From Candidatus Shapirobacteria bacterium (GTDB lineage: Bacteria > Patescibacteriota > Microgenomatia > UM-FILTER-40-11): a stretch of DNA of 64,000 nt. How positions within the stretch are numbered: position 1 is the first letter of the stretch; every line of letters begins with the position of its first letter. This document shows, piece after piece, positions 7,198 to 16,549 of the stretch. The notes beneath the pieces are model-generated. The model was given only the letters and a program-made list of their open reading frames with translations. It was not told the origin of the DNA and ran no database searches. The position numbers and the translations under genes are program-made. The stretch spans positions 26,932-90,931 of the forward strand of contig JAGVBK010000004.1 in the NCBI GenBank assembly GCA_020059745.1, written 5' to 3'.

Positions 7198-9502
7198 CCA
7201 AAGACCGTTCTTTACCGTACTTAAGCCGGGAAAGCTCTTTTATCTTTTCTGAAAGCTCAGGGCTCATTTCTTTCCAAATTGGTGGCATGTCGTCTTTCAT
7301 GCTAACTGAAAAAGAAGGTACAGGCTCGTTGTTAACAATGGTTTTTATGTAAGCATTAAAAGCCTCAATATTTAAAAGATCGCTTTCTGAAAATGTGGGC
7401 GAAAACTCATGCTGTAAATACTGGGCATCAGTTACTCCCACCCTAAAGGCAATTTTTGTTCCTACATTTCCGAAAACTGCATTTTTCACCTCTTCGTCCA
7501 TCTGGCCAATAAATTGGTTGGCCACACAAAGGCCAAGATGAAATTTCCTCGCTTCAGAAAGGATCTGGGCAAAATCAGGAGTGGCAAAGTTCTGAAACTC
7601 GTCCACATAAAGATAAAAGTCTTTTCTCTGAGCTTCAGGAATATTGGAACGGCTCATTGCAGCCATTAAAATTTTAGGAACAAGGATCAAGCCTAAAAAG
7701 CTCGAGTTTTCCTCGCCGATCTGGCCTTTGGCAAGATTAATGATAAGGATTTTCCCTTCATCCATTACCTTTCTAAAATCAAAAGCGCTTTTTGACTGGC
7801 CGATTATATTCCTTATCATTTTATTGGTGACAAAACGGCCGAATTTAGAAACAATGTAATCAAGGGTTTCTGATTTATGAAAATCAGAGGTTTGGGCAAT
7901 CTGGTCTGTCCAATACCTTCTTACCACCGGATCCTGAACCTTAGGAAGAAGTTCCTGAACATATCTTGGGTCAGTTAAACAGCGAACCACCTCAATAAAA
8001 GTGCTTCCCGGCTCAGACATTACCGTTAACATGGCGTTTCTAATTGCATGCTCAAACCTAGGACCGACAATTCCGGTCTTATAAGGGTCAAAGAGCTTAT
8101 ACATGAGGTTAATAATTGCCGTGGTAATGAAATGCTTTTGGTCCTCTGTCTCTGCCTCAAGCAGATTAAGGCCAATCGGCCGGTCAATATCAGCCGGAGA
8201 AAAGTAAATCACATCATCCGCCCTTTCCGGCGGAATAAGCTGCATTACCTGCTCAAAAGTATCATGAGGATCAATAAAACAAAAGCCCTTTCCGGCCTTA
8301 AGATCTTGGTGCATCATTTTTACCAAAAGCTGTGATTTGCCTGTGCCGGTAGCGCCAATAATATAAATATGGCGCATCCGGTCAGAGTCACCAATATGAA
8401 CCGGTTGCTCAGTACCCCTGAAAACGCTTTTGCCTAAATATATTCCCTGTTTGGGAATTTGCTGGGGAGCCGGCGCTCTTTTGGCATTAAGCCAAAAAAT
8501 ATGAGGTGTTTCCACAGTTTTATTGGGAAAGTGAAAAATAGTAGCCAGCTCTTCACTGCTTAAAACAATTTTGTTGCGGTTAAGATAAAAAAGAGGCTGG
8601 TAGCGGTAAATAAAATCAGTCATAAAAAGCTTGGGCAGTCTCACTTTATAGCTCTTAAAGCCATTTTGATCACCTGAAAGCTGTTCAAAAGCTGCTTTTA
8701 TATTTTGCAGATGGGCTTTGGCGGAAGCTAAGTCGGTAGAAGAGACAACAATTCTTATGTTTGTCTCAAAGTTGGGCTTTGAGCACTTGTTTTCGATTGC
8801 TTCCATTTGTTTGGGGTCAACTTTATAGCTTGCTTTTTCAGGATCGCTCTCGTCTTTTTTCACTTTTGAGATATATTTTCTGCCCGCAGAACGGTTGGTG
8901 TTTCCTGCCGGAGAAATAATCATCTGAATGGCTGCCCCTTCCCCTTCTTTCATTTTGGCCAAAGCCGAGGTAATTGAAGCAAGCGGATCAGTCGGCAAGT
9001 CTTTGTAGACTTTTATCGGCATATAGGAAGAAGACCTGAATTGAAGGTCGGTATAAGTTACTTTTCCTTTTTCAGAAAAAATGTTGTACTCGTTCACCTC
9101 TTTTATGTCTGCTCCGGGGTAGGTGCCGTGAATTTGTTTTTCCACCATATCCCTTAAATTTTTAGGCATGGAAACATAAAAGCGAATATCTTCAGGTAAA
9201 CCCACAATTTCAAAAGAAATGTGGTCCTGAAGTCTTAAAAAAGAAAGCTTCCCGCCTTTGTGGAGTGAAGAAAAAGAAGAAATCATCTGCTCGGCCGCGT
9301 CAATTTTTACTTCGTTGTCCCGGGGGACCGCTACTTGAAGAAGTACATACTCAAGCGATTTCTCTTCCCTTTTTCTGTTCCTGTACCAAATCACTAAAAC
9401 CTGGCCTAAAACCAAACCAAAAAGAGCTGTTAAAGTAGCTGCTAAAGCAGCGTTAATAAACAATCTTAAGTTGCCAATCAAGTCAATTAAATTAGAATTC
9501 AT
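7163..9502 (-). CDS. membrane-anchored VirB4/TraC/TrbE-like conjugative ATPase (AAA_10/DUF87, FtsK-HerA superfamily)
   Basis: 779 aa. N-terminal TM helix, Walker A IIGATGTGKS at ~residue 395, then FIDPHDTF...IGLNLL, Walker B LYVDEFQNF, then ..GTKIAFRV. This motif order resembles VirB4/TrbE more than VirD4. Family call is by recall, not by search. Confidence 0.6.
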   Translation of the reverse strand: MNSNLIDLIGNLRLFINAALAATLTALFGLVLGQVLVIWYRNRKREEKSLEYVLLQVAVPRDNEVKIDAAEQMISSFSSLHKGGKLSFLRLQDHISFEIVGLPEDIRFYVSMPKNLRDMVEKQIHGTYPGADIKEVNEYNIFSEKGKVTYTDLQFRSSSYMPIKVYKDLPTDPLASITSALAKMKEGEGAAIQMIISPAGNTNRSAGRKYISKVKKDESDPEKASYKVDPKQMEAIENKCSKPNFETNIRIVVSSTDLASAKAHLQNIKAAFEQLSGDQNGFKSYKVRLPKLFMTDFIYRYQPLFYLNRNKIVLSSEELATIFHFPNKTVETPHIFWLNAKRAPAPQQIPKQGIYLGKSVFRGTEQPVHIGDSDRMRHIYIIGATGTGKSQLLVKMMHQDLKAGKGFCFIDPHDTFEQVMQLIPPERADDVIYFSPADIDRPIGLNLLEAETEDQKHFITTAIINLMYKLFDPYKTGIVGPRFEHAIRNAMLTVMSEPGSTFIEVVRCLTDPRYVQELLPKVQDPVVRRYWTDQIAQTSDFHKSETLDYIVSKFGRFVTNKMIRNIIGQSKSAFDFRKVMDEGKILIINLAKGQIGEENSSFLGLILVPKILMAAMSRSNIPEAQRKDFYLYVDEFQNFATPDFAQILSEARKFHLGLCVANQFIGQMDEEVKNAVFGNVGTKIAFRVGVTDAQYLQHEFSPTFSESDLLNIEAFNAYIKTIVNNEPVPSFSVSMKDDMPPIWKEMSPELSEKIKELSRLKYGKERSLVEAEIAKRARL

Positions 9503-9855
9503 TAGTTTTCTTCTTTCCTAAATTCCGCTCTTGTTCCAAATATTTTTATAACTCTTAAACACCATTCCGTAAGCCAACGGATTGATTCTGTCACTTTTTG
9601 AGTTAACCCCCTGGCATACTGAGTATGGCTGATTGGTAAGACAATGGTCGGATGCTGCGGTGCCGGAGGAGAAACCAAAGGTTGGTTATTATCATCCGTA
9701 ATTGGTTGAGAAAGATAAATTTCTTTTTCTACCTTTTTTATTGCCGGCTCAAGTTCCGGGCTTAACTCTGGTTCTTCTTCAATTTTTACCGGATAAGTTT
9801 CGCTTTCTTCTTTAAAAAGCTGGTTTAAAATTTCTTTCTCGGGCAGCTCAGGCAT
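9502..9855 (-). CDS. hypothetical acidic/Pro-rich protein, first gene of the VirB4-like operon
   Basis: 117 aa. Its stop overlaps the ATPase start (ATGA-type coupling). An extended -10 (TGTATAAT) sits immediately upstream of its ATG, suggesting a near-leaderless transcript. Confidence 0.45.
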   Translation of the reverse strand: MPELPEKEILNQLFKEESETYPVKIEEEPELSPELEPAIKKVEKEIYLSQPITDDNNQPLVSPPAPQHPTIVLPISHTQYARGLTQKVTESIRWLTEWCLRVIKIFGTRAEFRKEEN

Positions 9856-9898
9856 GGATACATTATACAGCCAAAGGAGACAGGAGAAAAGTTATTGT

Positions 9899-10618
9899 TT
9901 AATACACTCCTCTTAAAAACACCTTAGAAAAGTGTTTTTTAAAAACCCCCAGGAAGTTTTCCATTTCTTCTTTGGAGAAAGGTTTAATTTTTGTAAATTC
10001 AGGATCAAGACAACTGGTAGGACGAAACTGTTGAAGATACCAGCTAAAGTTATCTTCTTTAAAATTTCCGGCTGATTTTACCCATTTGGCCGTTTTTTCA
10101 AGACCTTCACGGTCGTGCAAAGTAGGAACAAGAGTAGAACGAAGTTCAAAAGGAAGGTTGCTTTGAAAAATCAAGGCCAGACTTTCTTTAACTGGTTCAA
10201 AGCCAAAGCTAACTCCAGTATACTTTCCATAATTTTCAAAATCTCCTTTAATGTCCATGCAAAGGTAATTAACCAGAGATCCTTTTATTAGTTCTTTAAG
10301 CATCTTGGGGTTAGTACCGTTGGTATGAACCATGGTTTGGTAGCCAATTTTTTTTAATTTTCCCAAAAACTCCGGTAAATCCTTTTGCAGGGTTGGCTCG
10401 CCACCGGTAATAACTACGGCATCTGCCCACTTTTTTCGTGCTTTTAAGTCTGAAATAATTTCTTCTTCCTCTTTTAAAACAGGCTTTGCTCTTTTTTCTA
10501 CCAGTTCAGGATTGTGGCAAAAAGGGCAACGAAAATTACAGCCAGAAGTAAAAATAACCGAGCTGACCAACCCCGGCCATTCAATAAGCGAAGTCTTAAG
10601 GTAACCAGCAATCTGCAT
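9899..10618 (-). CDS. nrdG: anaerobic ribonucleoside-triphosphate reductase activating protein (radical SAM)
   Basis: CNFRCPFC radical-SAM cluster motif, GGEPTLQ. Confidence 0.85.
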   Translation of the reverse strand: MQIAGYLKTSLIEWPGLVSSVIFTSGCNFRCPFCHNPELVEKRAKPVLKEEEEIISDLKARKKWADAVVITGGEPTLQKDLPEFLGKLKKIGYQTMVHTNGTNPKMLKELIKGSLVNYLCMDIKGDFENYGKYTGVSFGFEPVKESLALIFQSNLPFELRSTLVPTLHDREGLEKTAKWVKSAGNFKEDNFSWYLQQFRPTSCLDPEFTKIKPFSKEEMENFLGVFKKHFSKVFLRGVY

Positions 10619-10765
10619 TTTAAGATTTAAAGGTCTTCCTTATGGAGAATTCCGCCTGTTTGCCGTCATTCCACTGTGATACCGGCCTTAAATAGCCGAC
10701 AATTCTTGAAAAAACTTCGCAGGGTTGCCTTTTTAAAAAAATCTGTTTGGACATTCTCACCTCCT

Positions 10766-12838
10766 TTAGTTTTCAATAATAACTTCAAGTCCTTCTTTCT
10801 CAAACTTTTCTTTCTTTCTTTCAAGCTCTTCGTCGCACTTCGGGCAGAAAAAATGCTCTCCTGAAAGATATCCGTGAACCGGGCATATACTGAAGGTGGG
10901 GGTTAAAGTATAGTAAGGCAAATGAAACTTGTCGGCAATCTTTTTAACTAAGTTTTTCAAGGAATTAATGTCCGGCATACTTTCCCCTAAAAACCCGTGG
11001 AAAACCGTGCCGCCTGTATAAAGGCACTGCAGGTCATCCTGATGCTCTAGAGCTTCGAAAATATCGGAAGTGTAGTTAACCGGCAGCTGGGTTGAGTTGC
11101 TGTAAAAAGGCTCTGCTTTGCCTTCTTTAAAAGCACTATCATTAGCAAAAATTATGTCCTTAAAGCGCTTTCTGTCTTCTCGGGCAAAGCGGTAAGAAGT
11201 TCCTTCTGCCGGCGTGGCCTCAAGATTAAAAAGCTGGTTTGTTTCTTCCTGATATTTGCCCATTTTGTCGCGCATAAAGTTAAGTATCTCAAGAGCAAAT
11301 TTTCTAGCCTCAGGCGAATAAATCGGCTTGTTAAGGAAGTTAAGACAGGCTTCATTCATACCTAAAAGGCCAATGGTGTTAAAATGGTTTTTCCAATATT
11401 CGCCAAACCGTTCCTTTATACCTTCAAGGAAATACTTTGAATAAGGATAAAGTCCTTTTTCGGTAAAATCTTCAACTACCCTTCTTTTAATAACCAAACT
11501 TTCCTTTGCCAAATCCATTAAATTTCCAAGCCTTTCTTTAAAATCAGTTTTGTTTTCAGCTAAATAGCCGATCCTGGGAAGATTAATTGTCACTACCCCG
11601 ATACTGCCGGTTAAGGGATTGGCTCCAAAAAGACCGCCGCCTTTTTTTCTAAGCTCTCTGTTGTCAAGCCTCAGACGGCAGCACATGCTCCTTGCGTCTT
11701 CAGGCTTCATGTCAGAGTTTACAAAGTTTGAAAAATAGGGAATTCCGTATTTTCTTGTCGCCTCCCAGAGGTTTTCAAGATAAGGGTTTTCCCAATCGAA
11801 ATCCTTGGTAATATTTATGGTGGGAATCGGAAAAGAAAAAACTCTGCCTTGGGCATCGCCTTCAAGGTAAACTTCTCCTAAAGCTTTATTAAAAATATTT
11901 ATTTCCTCTTGAAACTCGCCGTATGTTTTGTTCTGCGGTTCCCCGCCGATTATAACCGGCTCTTTTTTCATCATGTCAGGAACTACCAAGTCAAGGGTAA
12001 TGTTTGAAAAGGGAGTCTGAAAACCAACCCGAGTGGGCACATTCATATTAAACATAAACTCCTGCAAAGCTTGTTTAACTTCTTTATATGAAAGCTTGTC
12101 ATAATAGATAAAAGGCGCAAGCAGGGTATCAAAACTGGAAACAGCCTGAGCTCCGGCTGTTTCTCCCTGAAGAGTGTAAATGAGGTTTGTCAACTGTCCT
12201 AAGGCTGTTCTTAGATGCTTGGGGGGCTTTGAATAAATTTTTCCCGGCACCCCGCCAAAACCTTTAACTAAAAACTCTCTTAAATCCCAACCACAGCAGT
12301 AAGCCGCCAAAATCGCCAAATCATGAATATGAAGGTCTCCGCCGACATGAGCTTCGCCAATTTCTCGAGGATATATTTGGTTTAACCAGAAATTTGAAGT
12401 AATTAAGCTGGAAACATGATTGTTAAGGCCTTGGAGAGAATAGGTCATGTTACTGTTTTCTTTTACCCGCCAGTCAAGCTTCTTAATATAGTTGTTAACC
12501 ATCTCGTCACTATCAACCAAGCTGTTTATGTCTCTTATTTTTCGGTGAAGCTCGCGGTAAAGAATGTAGGCCTTGGCTACCGCCACTTGCCGGTTTTTAA
12601 TGAGCACCTCTTCAACAATGTCCTGAATTTCCTCAACGCCGGGAACAGTATGGCCGTCAAAACGCTTTTCCAAAAGCTGAACAACCTGGTCTGTCATTGT
12701 TCCTGCTTTCTCTTTATTAGCCTCTCCGACTGCCCTCATTGCCTTTAAAACGGCAGCTAAAATCTTTTTTTCATTAAAAGAAACAATGCGGCCATCTCTT
12801 TTTTTTATTCTTTTAACGGTAAGTTCGTTTTCTTTCAT
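10766..12838 (-). CDS. nrdD: anaerobic ribonucleoside-triphosphate reductase (class III)
   Basis: 690 aa. C-terminal zinc ribbon CPVHGYLSGEHFFCPKCD with the glycyl-radical region upstream. CCRLRLD motif. Confidence 0.85.
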   Translation of the reverse strand: MKENELTVKRIKKRDGRIVSFNEKKILAAVLKAMRAVGEANKEKAGTMTDQVVQLLEKRFDGHTVPGVEEIQDIVEEVLIKNRQVAVAKAYILYRELHRKIRDINSLVDSDEMVNNYIKKLDWRVKENSNMTYSLQGLNNHVSSLITSNFWLNQIYPREIGEAHVGGDLHIHDLAILAAYCCGWDLREFLVKGFGGVPGKIYSKPPKHLRTALGQLTNLIYTLQGETAGAQAVSSFDTLLAPFIYYDKLSYKEVKQALQEFMFNMNVPTRVGFQTPFSNITLDLVVPDMMKKEPVIIGGEPQNKTYGEFQEEINIFNKALGEVYLEGDAQGRVFSFPIPTINITKDFDWENPYLENLWEATRKYGIPYFSNFVNSDMKPEDARSMCCRLRLDNRELRKKGGGLFGANPLTGSIGVVTINLPRIGYLAENKTDFKERLGNLMDLAKESLVIKRRVVEDFTEKGLYPYSKYFLEGIKERFGEYWKNHFNTIGLLGMNEACLNFLNKPIYSPEARKFALEILNFMRDKMGKYQEETNQLFNLEATPAEGTSYRFAREDRKRFKDIIFANDSAFKEGKAEPFYSNSTQLPVNYTSDIFEALEHQDDLQCLYTGGTVFHGFLGESMPDINSLKNLVKKIADKFHLPYYTLTPTFSICPVHGYLSGEHFFCPKCDEELERKKEKFEKEGLEVIIEN

Positions 12839-13094
12839 CTATACAGAAATAAAAAAATTAATAGATAAAAAAGTAAAAACGAGCGAGGGTTTTTACTTAA
12901 AAGTGAAACCATTATCACCCAAGCGATAGAAGGCCTGTCAACCAGCAATTTTTATATCAAAATAGGTCAAGAGTGGTGAAACGCCTCGATTTTTTGGGAG
13001 AATTTTGGTAATCAGTGGAATTTTTTAAAAAAAAGGTTTAAAAAGATTGTGCTAATTATTTCTTCAATTTGTAAAAAGGATATGGAAGAGTGGT

Positions 13095-13715
13095 TTAAAT
13101 CCCGTTAAGTTTTGCCTTTACCGGAGACATATATTTAAGAAGGTCATCAACTGCTTCTTTGCCTGAAGAATCAACCCTTTCTTTAACTTCTTTTAAAACC
13201 TCCTCATGCTTTAAAGAAGCTTTCCTGAGCGTTTCCCTAAACTCAGCTGTCTCTATTCCTTGGGCTTTTGCTTTTTCCGTCTCAAGAATGGCTTTTTCAA
13301 AGTATCTTTCCGCCTTTACTAAAGTGGGAATTCCCATCTCAGGTTTTCCTCCTTCAACTAAAACTTTTCCTGCCCCCAATCTTTTATCAGAGTAAAGCAA
13401 GAACAAGCTCGCTCTGTCCAGAGTTTTCCTGACAAGCCAAATTTTAACCCTGTCTCTTATCATCTTAATTTTATAAAGAGGGTTATCGGGCAAAATCCCC
13501 GGATAGGCGAGGAAATAATCAGATTTTGGAACAGCCGTGGGGGTTGCTTCCGCCGAAGCGCTTGATTCTTCCGAAACAGTAAGTTTAAGAGAGGTTACGG
13601 CAAAACTGCTTGGAGCACTAATGGTGGCGTTTTTAACGGAAACAAAAAGAACGCTAAAAGCAAAGGTAAAAACCAAAACCAGGGTTAAGACTCTTTTCAG
13701 CATCGGTAAATGCAA
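13095..13715 (-). CDS. hypothetical secreted protein (DUF5667-like)
   Basis: Signal peptide, Ser/Ala-rich linker, helical C-terminus. Confidence 0.45.
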   Translation of the reverse strand: MHLPMLKRVLTLVLVFTFAFSVLFVSVKNATISAPSSFAVTSLKLTVSEESSASAEATPTAVPKSDYFLAYPGILPDNPLYKIKMIRDRVKIWLVRKTLDRASLFLLYSDKRLGAGKVLVEGGKPEMGIPTLVKAERYFEKAILETEKAKAQGIETAEFRETLRKASLKHEEVLKEVKERVDSSGKEAVDDLLKYMSPVKAKLNGI

Positions 13716-13748
13716 TTATACACCCAGGCAAGCGATTGTTGTCAAATA

Positions 13749-16217
13749 TCAGGAAACAACGAAGTTAATAAGCTTTCCGGGGACAAAAATTGTCTTTTTA
13801 AGTTCTTTGTCTTTAAGATATTTTTCCACTTTTTCGCTCTTTTTAGCCCTTTCTTCAACTTCATTCTTATTTTTAGCCAAAGAAAAATCAATTTCCAAAG
13901 TCTCTCTTAACTTACCGTTTATCTGCACAGCAATAACCACCCTCTCCTCTTCAATCAATTTTGGATCATGCTCCGGCCAAGAAGTAGCGTGAATTGAAAA
14001 AGCCTCTCCCAATCTTGACCAAAGCTCTTCGGCTAAAAAAGGAGCAAAGGGAGCCATAGTCTTTAAAAAAAGCAAGGAATCACTTCTTGAAAGGTTGCCT
14101 GATGCTTGCCAGCTGTTGGCAAATTCCATCATTGCCGCCACGGCCGTATTATATTTAAAGTTACCGATGTCTTCCCCTACCTTTTTAATTGTTTGGTGGA
14201 GTTTACGCTTAAGCTTTGCTTCAGTTTCCTTTTCAGAAACCTGGTTTAAAAATAGGTTCCATACTTTTTTTAAAAAGCGGTAAACTCCTTCCAGGCTTTC
14301 CTGACTCCAAACCATGGTTGCATCAAAAGGACCAATAAACATAAGGTAAACTCTCAAGGCATCAGCGCCAAAAGCTTCCCAAATTTCATCAGGGTTAACT
14401 ACATTACCTCTTGATTTACTCATTCTCTGGCCGTCTAGGCCCAAAATCACACCGTGCGAAACCCTTTTATAATATGGTTCTGGCTCTTCTTTGGGAACAA
14501 CACCAATATCCCACAAAAACTGGTAAATAAACCTTGAGTAAAGAAGATGTAAGGTATTGTGTTCGTCTCCGCCGATATAAATATCAACCGGCAGCCAATA
14601 CTTAAGCTTTTTTTGATCAGCCAGGCTTTGATTATTTTTTGGGTCAATGTATCTTAAAAAATACCAGTCACTTCCGGCCCAGTTAGGCATGGTGTCTGTT
14701 TCTCTTCTTGCCTTCCCCCGGCAAGAGGGGCATTTTGTCATTGTCCAATCTTTTATTGAAGCAAGCGGCGACTCGCCTGTTTTGGTTGGTTCATATTCCT
14801 CAACCGGAGGCAGTCTGACTGGTAAATCTTTTTCCTCCACTGGTTGCCAACCGCACTTCTCACAAAAAACCATGGGAATAGGCTCACCCCAATAGTGCTG
14901 TCTGGAAAAAATCCAGTCACGCAAATGATAAGTGGTTGCCTTTTTGCCAATTGATTTTTCTTCCAAATACTTTATCGCTAGTTTTATCGCCTCTGTTGGC
15001 GTAACTCCATTCCAAAGCTCGGAATTAACAGTCGTTCCCCGGTCAGTCTCGGTATAAGCTGATTTAGAAAAGTCCCAATCATTTTCAGGCGGTTCTATCA
15101 CCGGGATAACCGGAAGACCGTATTTTTGGGCAAAATCAAAGTCGCGCTCGTCATGCGCCGGCACGCCCATAATTGCACCTGTACCGTAAGAAGACAAAAC
15201 AAAATCGCCGACCCAAATCGGAATTTCTTTTCCATTGATGGGGTTTATGGCAAAGCTGCCGGTAAAACAGCCTGTTTTTTTCTTGGTGAGTTCAGTTCTT
15301 TCCAGCTCTGTCTTTTTCTGGGCCTGGTCAATGTATTCCTCTACCGCCCTTTTTTGCCCTGGCAAGGTTAGCTCGGAAAGAGAAGAAAGTTCTGGCGCTA
15401 AAACCATAAAAGTAGCACCGTAAAGTGTATCCGGCCGGGTGGTAAATACCCTTATTTTTAAATCTTTACCTTTAACCGGAAAATTAATGTGTGCGCCTTC
15501 TTTTTTACCAATCCAGTTAATCTGGGCTGCTTTTACCTTTTCCACAAAGTTAGTTTTTTCAAGGCCGTTTATCAACCGGTCCGCGTAATCTGTAATTTTA
15601 ACAATCCATTGCTCTAAGTTTTTCTTTGTTACTTCTGCCCCACATCTTTCGCACTTACCGTTAATAACTTCCTCATTAGCAAGACCAATTTTGCAGCTGG
15701 GGCACCAATTGATCGGCATTTGGGCTTTGTAGGCTAAACCTTTTTTAAAAAGCTCAATAAAAATCCACTGGGTCCATTTATAGTAGTCTGGGTCTGTGGT
15801 ATTAATTTCTCTTTCCCAATCAAAAGACAAACCCATTCTTTGCATCTGCTCTTTAAAGCGGGTTGTATTTTCCCTGGTAATTTCCTGAGGGCGGCGCTTT
15901 TCTTTAATGGCATAATTTTCTGTCGGCAGACCAAAAGCATCCCAACCCATAGGAAAAAGAACATTATAACCCTTCATCCTGAAAAAACGGGCTAAAACAT
16001 CTCCTCCGGTAAAAGCAAAGGCATGGCCAACATGAAGACCAAAACCGGAAGGATAAGGAAACTCAACCAAAACATACTTTTTTTGCCTTTTATCAAAATC
16101 AGAAGCTTTGTAGGTAGAAGCTTCCCGCCACTTTTCTATCCATTTGGGTTCAATCTCACGAGGATAATATCTTTCTTTTTTTTCTTCTGCCATTTTAGTT
16201 ATTAAGCTATTATACAA
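13749..16217 (-). CDS. leuS: leucine--tRNA ligase
   Basis: HVGH (HIGH) and KMSKS motifs and the CP1 editing domain. The first ATG is at 16217, but conservation suggests the Met at 16193 (MAEEKKERYYPREIEPKW) is the true start. Confidence 0.9.
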   Translation of the reverse strand: MYNSLITKMAEEKKERYYPREIEPKWIEKWREASTYKASDFDKRQKKYVLVEFPYPSGFGLHVGHAFAFTGGDVLARFFRMKGYNVLFPMGWDAFGLPTENYAIKEKRRPQEITRENTTRFKEQMQRMGLSFDWEREINTTDPDYYKWTQWIFIELFKKGLAYKAQMPINWCPSCKIGLANEEVINGKCERCGAEVTKKNLEQWIVKITDYADRLINGLEKTNFVEKVKAAQINWIGKKEGAHINFPVKGKDLKIRVFTTRPDTLYGATFMVLAPELSSLSELTLPGQKRAVEEYIDQAQKKTELERTELTKKKTGCFTGSFAINPINGKEIPIWVGDFVLSSYGTGAIMGVPAHDERDFDFAQKYGLPVIPVIEPPENDWDFSKSAYTETDRGTTVNSELWNGVTPTEAIKLAIKYLEEKSIGKKATTYHLRDWIFSRQHYWGEPIPMVFCEKCGWQPVEEKDLPVRLPPVEEYEPTKTGESPLASIKDWTMTKCPSCRGKARRETDTMPNWAGSDWYFLRYIDPKNNQSLADQKKLKYWLPVDIYIGGDEHNTLHLLYSRFIYQFLWDIGVVPKEEPEPYYKRVSHGVILGLDGQRMSKSRGNVVNPDEIWEAFGADALRVYLMFIGPFDATMVWSQESLEGVYRFLKKVWNLFLNQVSEKETEAKLKRKLHQTIKKVGEDIGNFKYNTAVAAMMEFANSWQASGNLSRSDSLLFLKTMAPFAPFLAEELWSRLGEAFSIHATSWPEHDPKLIEEERVVIAVQINGKLRETLEIDFSLAKNKNEVEERAKKSEKVEKYLKDKELKKTIFVPGKLINFVVS

Positions 16218-16218
16218 A

Positions 16219-16245
16219 AAAAGCCCCTCAGGGGCTTTGTTTCTT
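16219..16245 (-). terminator. minus-strand GC hairpin (AGCCCC-TGA-GGGGCT) followed by 7 T, immediately upstream of the leuS -10
   Basis: Seen directly. Could terminate a small upstream transcript (29-aa hydrophobic ORF at 16338-16427) or act as an attenuator. Confidence 0.45.
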
Positions 16246-16549
16246 CACTTTTCCAAAGCCCTTTTAAGGGTTCTTAGGGAAAAGTAAAAGGTCTTTTGTC
16301 ATTATGGTCATTTTAAAAAATTCCGCTTTCAAAGTCAATTAGATTGCTGGCAAATTTCCGGTTGCCAAAAGAACGATAATTACGGCTGCTCCAATAAGGG
16401 AAAAACCGGCAAAGCCAACTGTAAACATTAGTACTGCCCAGAAGATATTTTTTATACATTTTTCCGTTTTTGCCGACATAGAGGTATTATATACCATTCC
16501 TTCAACTTAATTTTTTGAATAAAGAAAAGGGAAAAGGTATAATTTTTCC

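Noticed and set aside
12416-12748. 110-aa plus-strand ORF
   Set aside because: Antisense inside nrdD.
12839-13094. Search for NrdR boxes or a riboswitch upstream of nrdD
   Set aside because: No 16-bp NrdR-type palindrome or riboswitch-like conserved core could be recognised by eye. Only a generic AT-rich promoter region is present.
16338-16479. Longer minus-strand small ORF starting MSAKTEK...
   Set aside because: Careful base-by-base translation shows that frame reads through without the apparent stop. Only the internal 29-aa hydrophobic ORF (16338-16427) is clean, and it is kept as a low-confidence finding.
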